From Ptychomitrium polyphyllum (lineage: Eukaryota), in NCBI GenBank assembly GCA_973851085.1, contig OZ316776.1:13454001-13518000 (forward strand): a stretch of 64,000 nt of DNA, written 5' to 3'. Every line of letters starts with the position of its first letter. Within the stretch, counting starts at the first letter, position 1. The notes below the pieces were generated by a model. It had not been told where the DNA came from and did no database searches. It saw nothing but the letters and a program-made list of their open reading frames with translations. Made by a program: the position numbers and the translations under genes. Shown here piece after piece: positions 24,001 to 35,310 of this stretch.

Positions 24001-24533
24001 ACCTGTTCCCTGAATTGGGGAGAATGAGCCTTGACGTACAATTTGAGACTCCAATTGAACAGAGCTGGAAGTAAGCCTGTTGAATTACTCTCACAAGTAA
24101 AAAGAATGCGCCAACAAAGAAAACTGGGACAGTCAGGTACTTCTCGCAATCGCCAGGTCTGGTGGCAAGCCATATCCCCAGTGCTATGATGACCAGCGAC
24201 AGCAACTGCACATACCACCACAGGTATAATTATTCATCACAGACATGAATCATTCAGACTCTGGAGTGCATGGATCTGGAAACTGATTTCATAATTCATA
24301 GCCAATTTAAGTAGTCTTTTGGATATGAGAGATAAGCCGACTTGAACTGCATCTGATCAAATAATGTTGCTACAGTACTGCGGTAGGAAGTTATCTGCAA
24401 TATATATGTACTAGGTGATGATCAAGACGTATATAATTGTATCTACCACAGCAAGAGTGTTGATCCATTTGACGAAGAAGGCACTCTTTGAAGTGGGGTG
24501 GTCGGATTTGAAGTAAACTACGGCAGGATCCAT
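21008..24533 (-). pseudogene. TET10: Tetraspanin-10-like gene, about 11 exons, with a non-canonical donor and two apparent frameshifts (probable young pseudogene or splice-rescued variant)
   Basis: Exons encode SAFFVKWINTLAV|LLSLVIIALGIWLAT..DCEKYLTVPV, AVLGLLGSW, FVVTTPGGG, EYRLGSYS, SNWNHVKAC, SGCCRPPSE|CGYP, QELKQTGRVAGIV and FSVACCASQN, typical of intron-rich plant TET10. Lesions at 24091-24092, about 21537 and about 21353. The tetraspanin identity is high confidence; pseudogene status is moderate. Confidence 0.75.
23450..23702 (-). other. U12-type (minor spliceosome) GT-AG intron
   Basis: 5' end GTATCCTTC. Branch-site TCCTTGAC (23471-23478) lies about 20 nt before the AG, with no pyrimidine tract. 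Joins ILYT|YVFLM in frame. Confidence 0.85.
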
Positions 24534-26534
24534 AATTAATTCGAGCAAAACTCTGGATGTTTCTATACAAAATCAGAGGATCTAGCAGGCTGACATGGGA
24601 AAAGAGAGGAGACAAGAATGACTTATATACACTACAGCCCTGGTCTGAGCCCGAAATGCAGACCCTGCCAGGTGAGACATAAGAAGTGGTATGATATACG
24701 GCAGAAGACGGCACGGAGTAGCATTAGAACCATAGAAATTCATCCAGGATGCACAGTAGTAACTTGGTGACGACGACACCGACGACGACCACCACAGTTG
24801 GAGGTATTAAAGAAGATTCCCTTTTTCTCCGACAAATCACTCGGATCACTGTAATCTTTCAGATGTGCCCACCTGTGGAATGCTGAGGTTCAGCCTGATT
24901 GTAGGAGCTCACTTGCGGAGTCAACCAGCCGGTTTAAATCCTACACCTCGAATGGGGACATGAGCTCCGTGGTGATAATGGCGGCCATTCAAGCCTTAAG
25001 TGCATCGATTGCATTAAAACGGTCACTTCCTTTTTCCAGACCGGCCACACTGCACCTCATGCTCTGGCAACCAATACGAACCCAATAAAACGGTAAATAG
25101 CAGAAAAGGAAGGGAACCAAACCCCGAGCCTGGCGATGAAACACCAAATCCTAAACCCGAATGAAAACCCTAGATGCATAGATGGTTTAATCTTTACATG
25201 TTTGTGTAAAGGCAAGCCTGATTTCCGGAAAATCATAAATTCGAAAGTATTCGGTGTAGACTTCTGTAGAAAAGCCTACACTTGTAGCATAGTGTGAATA
25301 TAAGCTTACATTATCCTTGACCTTACCATGATACCAAGTACACAAACCAATTCAGATAAAACACATCAATTCTTCCAACAAGAAAACTACGCCCACACGA
25401 GACAACGCAGATTGAACATCGCTGCAAAGTCTCACAAAGATTTCGTACCTAAAAACTTTAGTGCAAAAGCTTAGAGCACATGCACTCCTAAAATTTAGAT
25501 CAGCACTCGAACCTCCGACGTATGAAGGCATACATTTGTTGCAGATGTCACATATTTGTACCAGCGCGACCCTATATTCCAAAAGTAGCAAACAAAGCTC
25601 GCACTGCCTCAAAGTCTTCAACCACTGGAAGATGCTTGTCTCAATCGCCTTAACGCCCAAGAATTTAGCACTACATCACCACCTGTAATTCCTAAGCGCG
25701 CTCTCATATCTTACAACTTTCTGTTTGAAAATCCGCCGAGTTTCTATCCAATAGTTTCTGCCAGCAAGAACCAAGGACAGAACACCCTAGTACAACAAAT
25801 CTTTCTAAACTAGAAAATCTCGAGACTTGAGAATCGGGGCACTTTGCACAAGTAAGACTCACCCCAAACGTAAATCACAAATTCGAGTGGGAGCACCAAT
25901 GCCACTCGGATCAACTTGGCTCAGATTCTAGCAGCGGTACATTTGTAAGCCGCACCAGATTCGATTCCTCGGTCTCTGCCCCTTACGTGACTTTTTTACA
26001 AAGCAGATTATTTAAATCAACCACACAGAATTAGCCATACTTCTTGATAAAAACCGCAATGTAGTGATGAGATCCCTACTTCGAATCTGAAAATCTGGTT
26101 GAACTGGCTTCTAAGTGCTCGATTTTTAGTAATTTTGAAGAAAGCACAGCGATTCAAAAATAAGGAAGTGAAGGTTGGACTTTAAATGTTACATTGAATA
26201 CAAAACCGCTATCCTCGATAACTTGGACACTATTACGAATCCATGACCACGTCCACCAGGATATACTACAATGTCATATTTTCATGTAACTTATAATCAG
26301 TCATATACAAAATTTCCTAATAGGAAGGTGTCCGGCAAATCTCGAATAAAGATCTAAGAATTCTTCTTATTGGCAAAAGGGAGTTACGCAGCACAGCCAA
26401 CTACAGCCAGAAACTTCCCAGAAGATACATTCTCCAGTAGACAGCCCAGAAAACACCAAAGACCTGCTATCCTAACTTATCTGTAAAAAATGATGGTATT
26501 CCACAGCTCTTGCAGAACTACTTGCTACTTTATA

Positions 26535-29500
26535 TCAGACAACTAACACGTTAGCAAGGGCATCCCTTTTGCTCTGAGCATAGATTGTGTACACTAGCCG
26601 AATAGCATCCACCCATGCATCCATGCCATCCCAAGTATCTGCTATCTGCAAATCAACATTCCCTCTCGTCAACATTCGCTCCCTATTATCCGCAGATAAG
26701 ATGAGAAATTTTACGAAATATGTGAATTGAAACTGCTCATCCACATAACACTGTGATCATGGCAGATTTCAGAAAGCTCAGAAAGGTCAAACTTAGACGC
26801 AAATGGAGAGGGGTTGCGTAAAACCAAGCTGCACAACATTGAACTGCGTAGACTACTTTCATAAATTATGCACAGTAGACCAGACGACATAGCAATAACC
26901 ATTCAACATATCACCAGCAACGTTATTTCTCGCATATATGGCCTTTTCAAGTCAATTAGCATGGTTCATGCCAAATCAGACCATAACCTTAGTAGGATAC
27001 GCAAAATGAAAGAAATTGTAGAAGAACAAACCAGGTATTGTGGACCAGCATCAGTATCAATGCAAAAACCTCCCCCAGGTGGGAGGCTAAGATCTGCGGT
27101 TGGAGCCAGACATAAAATATCCTCCATCTCAATTCTTAAAACTGATGGTCTAGAAGGAAAAGTGATGCTAGTATTGCTTTCTGAATTGAGTGTGCTAGAG
27201 CGTCTTGAATAGCTGTGCGCTAGGGACTTCCGGTCAACTTTCTCTATCTGCACTCAAAAATGTCCCGTCAAGCCTCTTTACACAAAGAAAAACTTATAGC
27301 TAGACAGTAAGAACTTCTTGAAGGACAAAGAAAAAGCATAACGATAATGGAGAAGGAAAAGCACATATACATACAAAAAAACAAGTTTAGACAGGATATT
27401 GATGGAGCAAGCCCATAAAAATAAGACTCATGCAGTGGTGAGTTACTCACCTCATAAAGGGCTTCATGATCAAGAACGAACCACAACCGCAACCAATCAC
27501 TATGTGGAGCCAGAGTGTCCCCAGTAGGTGGAATCCTCAACCATCCAGCTCTAAGATAAGGCAGAGGCAACTGTGCAAACAACAAGTGAGATGCTTTATT
27601 GACCGACTGTCTAAACAATCCAAACTGCAATAAAACGCTTTGTAAATGACACATGAAAACACACGAATAATAGAAACGTCTTACAAAGTTCCGCACAAGC
27701 CGCAGAGCGCCTCGATACACCTGCATTTCCCGCTCAGTAGATCAATTGTGAGTATTAAAAAAAGCTTGAAAAAAATTAAACTAGTAAATGGTACTTGAGC
27801 AATACTAATACGTTTAGTAAGTAGACAAACAATCAAGTCAAAGTGTTCCCAGCGCAGGACAGTATTGTTCAAAGTAAAAAGCCCCAAAGTGTACGTGAAA
27901 AGATTAGACTCCTACTGGATAGTCGGGCTTCAACGCATGTGCAGCAGTTATATAGATAGCAGACAAGCTGTTCAAATCGGTTGGTGTAAGCTCTTTTGAT
28001 GTCAACTTTCTCCCAGTCCTTGCAATGTCCTCTCCCAAACCATACTGTCAAGGGAGAACTCACCACATAAGCGATACACTAAAATTTAGCTAGCAATAAA
28101 AACTTGCTGCTTATTACATCCCGGGTATAGCAGCCCACAAAGGCTCTTCATTCACAAATCCAAAATCATAGCCACTAAAACACCCTCCTGGAATAAACAT
28201 CTTAATTCTGAGCTATGGTCGCTGCTAATGAGTGTCCACAAAGACCATTCTGCATTTTCCCTAGGGGAATTGTAACACAAAAGGAGGAAAGTAGTTCCTC
28301 AAACTTTCTAATTCTGAGACTCTTAAGTCACATAGAAAGTTTCAGCAACTACTTTGCCCATTCTGTGTTGCGATTTCCCTGGGAAAAACTGCAATTGCTC
28401 CCTGTGGTCGTAAGAGCGCCAATAATTTATATTGAAAAGTCCAACAGACTTTCCAAAGAACAATACAACTACAAAATGTCTTTCAAGAAAGATCATGAAT
28501 TAATTTACACTAGTGCCCAAATGTTGACTGCTGTACTAAATAAGGGATTAAAATTTCAAATAAAGTAAACATACTACCACAAATTTGGAACATCAAGATA
28601 GCAATAAACAGCAGCTGAAAACTGGTACAAACTTACCAGCACAGTTCCCAAATTGTAAACAGCACGATGAAAGTCAAAGCGGAGTCGAATAGCAGCACGA
28701 AACTGGACGACAATTAATGATTCGTCACGTTGAGGTATTAGTCAAACTGAGCTAAGTTGGAAAAAACAGCATTATGCTTTATCTAAAGCAGCAGTCCAGG
28801 TTCTTAAAGACACTAAAAATCTTACTTTTCTTATTGCTTTCTTGACTATAGCTCGCTTCTCCTTTAATGCAACAATAGCACCAAGTTCCTGTACGTCAGA
28901 ATTCAAAAATTTAAGCAACAAAGGAATTCCCAATCGGAACCAAAACTATGAACTATTAGTCAGGCTTACAATTCAACTTCTAGCCACTTAATCGTATTGT
29001 GGTGATCTTTATCACTATCAAACTTCACAACCTTAATAGAATATAGAACAACGAAATTGAAAGCGAAGGTGTAACCTGCAACGCAAGACCCCAATTATTC
29101 AAGGCCTGCCAAACAAAATCCATACATTAGCAGTATTAGAGGTGCTTAACTAAATATGGTAAACTTACAAATCATGATGGCAATCATAACCCGTTTCTCT
29201 TCAAGTCAAAAAATTGTTTTGACAAAGAAAAGATAACAAAGCTTGGTTGACTGTTAACGAATGTAACAAGAAAACATCGGGCACACATCCATCAAACATG
29301 TGACTGGATGCACTCCTGAACAGCAATCAACTTCCACTTGAAGAATAGAGAAACAGACAGAAAATCAAACATCTCCGAAGACAAAGGCAAAAGCTCCATG
29401 AAGATCAGGTGTAATGGATCAAATGGAAATACTTGAGGACTGTTCCAGTTCAGTTGCACAGCCCGGTCATATCTGTCACATGCCTATATAACAAGCCAGA

Positions 29501-32457
29501 CGTTAGATTTCATCTCAAGGAAAGAGAGATTGATGAAAAAGCTCACTCTCATGCCAAGGGTATTGACCGGGAATCCAACATAAACTCGGATGTGCTTACA
29601 ATAGTTTTGGGCATCAGGTGCTAGCCCATGGTTTCTACATGTTCTAGTGATTCGTTCTGAATCAGGATAAGCTTGGCACTTCTCAAAAGAATAACAAAAG
29701 GTGATCAGATGCTCGTAAGTAAAAGAGATTAAGGAAACACAGTAGAAGCACAAGAACGAGACCAACAACTTATAATTAAGCATGGACCTCATAAAATTAA
29801 GAGAATGTTCTCAACGAAAATTAAATGGTTCGTAGGTAAAGGATTTGACAACCAACCTGTTTCCAGAGGTCTTCGGCTTCCTTTGTGCGGCCCCTTATCT
29901 TAGCCCGATCGGATATTGCTATAGCCCAATTGTAATACGCCTGGTAAAGCGGATAAATTGACGATCAGAGCATAATCCCGGAGTTAGAGCACCTCATTCA
30001 AATATATCTTCTTACTAACGGTTTCTAAACACAAAACCAGATTCTTCACCAATCGGGCCAAAAAAAACACGCGTCATACAGAAACAGAGTGAAAGAATAG
30101 CAACAAGTCAATTTGCCAGTAGTGCATCAGACAACGAGAAGAGCACCTCATGTAGAGTAGGACACAATTGAGTTGCAGCCTCGTATTTCTTGCACGCTTC
30201 CTCCAGCAATGCGTCCTTTCCTGGAGAACCCACCTCTGGTCCCGCATTGTCTGCACTTTCCTGGTGAAAGTGGATATCTTGTTGTGAGTATAAAAAGCTC
30301 AAATCAGAATCTCGATGAATAAACTCAACACTTAAGGATGGGACAGCCGGCCATAAAATAAGAGCTTGAGTATTAACATGCCACATATAGCAGATAGAAC
30401 AGCTAACACATCATCTGTTCAAAGGCACCAGAAAAGCACACATGGCTAGAGGGCATACCTGAAGAACCAATGCCCAGTTGTATAGAGCATCATGATCTTC
30501 AGGGTTTCTCTCCACGTTAGCTGCATACCTGTGAAGGAAAATGAACGTTGCTCATATACATCTTCCGATTCAATTGCAGATACAAGCCTCATAAAGTCTC
30601 ATATCTTCTAATACTGCACTGGTAGGTGTGGAGGTGCACGATATGAGTCCTCCCGTACTACAAGTGCCTTTCTAATGCGACAAATGAAATGCAGAATTGT
30701 CATGCACATTTGACTTCGTGATCTAGATCTGGACTTTGAACAGTCAGGATGTAGATATTGTGTACCTCTTAGCTGCAAAAGCAAGAATGCGTTGCCGAGA
30801 GCGCCCTTCCTCATCCCCAGCAGCAATGTTATATAGAATGTCTCCAACAATATTTGTGCCACTGGTAGATGACCTGTGACTCGCAACGTCATTTCTGCAC
30901 ATGAGATCACAGCAGCTACTTCATGAAAAAGAAAATAAAGACCACACGAGAAAGTCCCGATATAAGAACATCATAGGCATGTAATGCACTCGCGTAAAAC
31001 CCGCACTTGACACAACAATAAAGCCGTTGGTTAGCATGCAAACAATTTGTACTAAGTGCATCAATTCTCTGAATGAAAAGATAAATTAATGTAAATTCTC
31101 TAGAAAGGAACATTCCATACAAATGCAACAGAGTCCCGGTTAAAATGAGCACACAAGCTAAAATTGTAGAGGACTTGATTTGGTACCCAAAAAGTTCATT
31201 ATTCATGGCATTGTCGTCCAATATTTTAGGTTTCCACAGGAACTCGAAGCATCATAGATGATCTACAGAGAGTCGATGTGACAGAAAAAAAACATTTCAG
31301 TACATACAAGAGGAACATAGTATTTCCGACAGTATCCACACTCACTTCGCCTATAATACTTAAGGCATAGTAGACCGGCTAGGCAGCATTGGAAACTCCA
31401 TCGTTAAAACGACAACATACCCGTCCGAATTGACCACAGGCGTTGGTTTCAAAACTCTCGAAGTTACTGAATCCCCGTTGCCTTGGTATCCCTTTGACGT
31501 GCTACCCATGGAATCGGGTACAATTGGTGCATGGTTGCTTGAAATGGTTTGGCTGCTGCTGGTCTCTTCACCTGTCCTCTTTTCAACTTCCGGTGACACT
31601 TTTTCTTTCTGATCTCTCGAAAGTATGTCTCCTAATGTCAGAACTTTATGTATTCCATTAGGTGTTCCACTCACTCCACCAGACTCTTCAATCACTTCCG
31701 CTTGTCCCTCCACCGTAGATACACCATCTAATCCCAGATTGACAGTCCCATTTGCAGGGGAGTCACTCGGGGAATCTATAAGTGTAAGCCCCTCGAACAG
31801 AACATCCTCCCCTGAAGGAACAGAAATTTCTCCTGTTATTTGCTCCTCTTCAAGAATAAGCCCGTCAATCGCACTACTTCCAGGCATCTCATTATTAGAT
31901 AAGTGTACCCCCGGAAGCTCAGCTTCAAGCGTTGTCCTTGATTCATTGTGGCGGTCGTCTTTGCTGTCTACAATCTCTACCTGACCAACGGCGGGCTCCT
32001 CAGTGTCATCACCTTGCAGAACAGAAAATCCCTCGAAAAGTGCGATTTTCTCACCCACTCTCTTTTCCGAAATATCGCCTAAATCAGCACTTCCAGAATT
32101 GAAATCCTCGAACTGTGTGTGTTCTGGAGGTAGAATAGATCCACTACTGTCAACATCATCCGTGGCAAGACGTTGGGAACTTCCCTCAACCTCCGCTCCA
32201 TTTACTAAAGACCCCTGTAAAAAAGGTTGAAACGGATGTTCCGGAGCCAGAGGCTTAAGAGGTTTCCCTGGTTCATTGAAGCTACCTTCGTCGTCTTCTT
32301 GCTTGTTCGCGTCGCTCAATGCGGACTGCAGCAAGACGCTTTCAGGTTGTGATTGCTTGGATAGGAGTAAAAGATCTTGCGCCAAAGGGAAGGGCGTGAC
32401 CTCCTGCACAAAATCTGATGCATCTGTGTTGGTCATGTCCTCCCCGTCTGCTGCCAT
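26535..32457 (-). CDS. HLB1: HLB1-like TPR protein (trans-Golgi/actin associated) with long acidic N-terminus, about 14 coding exons
   Basis: Consecutive GT-AG exons encode [39 protein letters not shown]...[114 protein letters not shown]. Probable 5'UTR intron at about 32545-32912. Confidence 0.93.
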
Positions 32458-33217
32458 AGCTACAAACCCGGATCGCAGTAAGCCCTGCCCTCGTGGGAGC
32501 TAGGCCAAGATAGTTAGGGTTGTCAAGGGCGAAATACGAAATACCTAATTGGAAGAGCAGAAACTGTGAGCTACATCAAAAATGCCGGCATGGGGAACAT
32601 AGGCCATCGAGTAGATCCAGGCCCGTGCAAAAACGGCGGCCCAAGGGAGAGAGGCAGGGCCAGTAGGATGCACAAATGGAAACTAAACCTGCCACCGTAG
32701 GCCAGAGAAACGCAAGGAAGCGCAGAGAAGGGCAGGAGAGGACAGAGCGGCACGGAAGGAATAAAGGGAGGCAGATGGCAAGGGATGGAAGCGAGGGCGA
32801 TGGAAGGTGAGGACGATTGACAGTGGAAGAGGAGAAAAGCAAGGAGAAAGGCAAGGAGAAGGAGAGGCGACGGAGAAGACGAGAGGGAAGTGCAGAAGGA
32901 GGACCAACTTACAGCGCAGTGGCAGCGGCGATGAAGATCCGGTCACCCGCCTGCAAGGCTAAACCTGTGAAAGGAGCAGGAGCGAAAGCAGAGGCGAGCA
33001 AGAAGGTAACGCAGGAGTGAGGGAAGCAGCAGCAGCAGCGCCAGCAGGAGGACGCATCCCAAGCGAAGTGACGAAAGTGGTGTGAGAGAGAGCCCGCTGA
33101 GGGCTGGACTCAGGAAGGGAAAAGCAAGGCAAAACAAAGGAAAGCATACCAAAGCTAAGCCAAGGCAGGGCATGGCCGAGAAGCAGACAAGCACGAAGAA
33201 GACTCACAACCCAGCAC

Positions 33218-33460
33218 TCTTGTGATACCTCACCTGAGTATCACCTAGTTACCATAAAAGTATCGTTCCGAAATCATATCAGTATCACCTGAGTATCGGT
33301 CATACATGGACTTGGAAAACTCCCTAGGGCACGACCTGTCCTCTTCGAATAGCCCTCTCACTCCCTCCGTGCACCAGCATCACCGTGAGTCCCCTCCCGG
33401 GAATCACCTATATATCGTGAAGATATCATCACAGCAGCCTGAGTATCACAGAGGTATCGG
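33218..33460. promoter_or_regulatory. GTATC/GATAC motif array upstream of HLB1 (putative regulatory)
   Basis: tcttgtgatacctcacctgagtatca plus repeated gagtatc, aggtatcg and gatatc motifs, directly upstream of the CT-rich leader. Confidence 0.5.
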
Positions 33461-33887
33461 TTAAGAAGGGGATATAGAAAACTCCCTACAGGCTAGCGTC
33501 CCTCTCGTTCTCTCACTCTAACCCTCTCTCCCTCCATGCACCAGCATCCTCAACGTGATTTCCAGCAGGCTCAGGTCCGCGCTCATTCCTCCTCAAGACT
33601 CATCGGTGCGCTACAACACTGTCCTTCACTAACTTACCAGCTACTTCCATCGAGTGATTTATATGACTGTCGGGTCCGATCCAAGCTAATTTTCAATATG
33701 TCGTTTCCTCCGCTGGTTGGGCTCTATACTTCAAACCTTCAAACACTCAAGCCTTTCCTGAGCACTTTTTCCAGCAAAAAATTAGTGGCCGTTCACTCCT
33801 GGGTTCCAATTCACTATCAAAGTTGTTCCTTTGCAATACTAGATCAATTAAGAAGCTGAATCTAGACGATCCAACTCAGGAAAGGCC

Positions 33888-35310
33888 TCGTGTTAAAAAT
33901 CAAACTGACATTGGTTGGGCCCCCCTCCCTCCAACCTTGGACTGCCCGCTTGGACATCACCAACTCGCCCCGGGGGGCACGCGAACTTGTTCGCATGCAA
34001 GGCGAACTTGGAGGCCAATGCAGGGTTTCGTCACCTGGAGTCTCTTGGCCTGGTCAGAAGCTGGTTTACTCACGTCTAACCAGCTTCTTCGCATGCGTCT
34101 GGCATGGCCACTCGCTTCAGCGCTCGCAACGCTCGCCGCACCGATTTTGTTTTTGTGAATGTTTTAGTTCTAAGAGGATTGCTTTGTGGGAGGTGTTGAA
34201 GGTCGTGTCGAGATATATAACCCGTTGACAAATGAAAGTCAGTTCGTACCAAAGGACAAAAGATCTCTGTTGGGCAGGAGACAGCGTATTCTGGCGCAAA
34301 TGGTGATGGATGAGGATAACATGTATTACTTAGTAACCTTGGTTTAGGGAGACAATCTTGGAGCGGCCTGTTGAGCAGTAGTTTACAACTCCAAAGCTGG
34401 AATATGGACTGAGATGAATGCTGGCCTCGTCTTTGGAGCTGGAAACACACTGTGGTGTGGGCAACAGGACCCTCACATATTGCACACGCAAATTGTTGCA
34501 TTGGAAGTGATCTAGCCGGTCCGCAAAGCTACTCCTTTGTCAAGGATAAATTATTTATGCTTGAAGATCATTCCACACCTCAGAAGTTTAAACTTTGTGA
34601 ATATGTTTAGAAAAACCCAAGAGGTTTGCGGTGTGAGAATTGCAGACTCGCCAAGACGCTTTGAGTGACTTCTCAAAAGAGCAGGGGTATTTCTGGGTGC
34701 TTCTACCATGCAGTGGATTCATTCGATTGGCTTGGGACGACGACGATGTTGATATACATGATCAGATATTCAGACTGTACGACTTAGCTGCAAATAAAAT
34801 GAACTGACATATCTGCAAATTTGAGAAACGCACTTGAAGAACTAAAGAGATCTGTGATCTTCGATGGGACTCCACTTCCCGAGTGGCATATCATATGTCC
34901 ACCGAGATATGGACCGTCAAGCTTGGTGGTTGTTGGTCAAGGCCCCAGTAAAGATTGAACACTGTAAAGATTTGCAAGTTTTTCATATTCCTTGCGGTAC
35001 GAAGGTAAGGATCCAGAGCTAGAGGTTCTAGGCAGATGAAAAGTCACAACCTCAGAGAAGAGAAGCGAAGCCAAGGTTCGACCTTCAAGTTTGCGTCTGT
35101 GAAGCACTACTTTCCCAGTGCTTCGATCGCAGGGTGAAGAATTTCTTGGAGCGGCTGTGCGAGCAAGCGCAGAGTGGCCTAAGTCGAGAAGTTCCCATGT
35201 CCGAACAGGTTCGCATGCCCCGCGGGCAGCGAGTTGGTGAAGGCCAGCGGGCAGCCCAAGGTTCGTGGGAATGGCGGGCCCCACCCAACCTCAGGTGAAT
35301 TCTAATGCGA
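33888..35310. repeat. Long degenerate inverted repeat pair enclosing about 0.87 kb (possible non-autonomous TIR element)
   Basis: 33888-34020 is the reverse complement of about 35170-35310; for example tcaccaactcgc (33957-33968) pairs with gcgagttggtga (35229-35240). Weaker homology extends to ttgaaggtcg (34196-34205) and cgaccttcaa (35079-35088). Confidence 0.8.

Noticed and set aside
32571..33207. Several Leu/Pro/Ser-rich ORFs upstream of HLB1
   Set aside because: Low-complexity CT-rich leader and 5'UTR intron.
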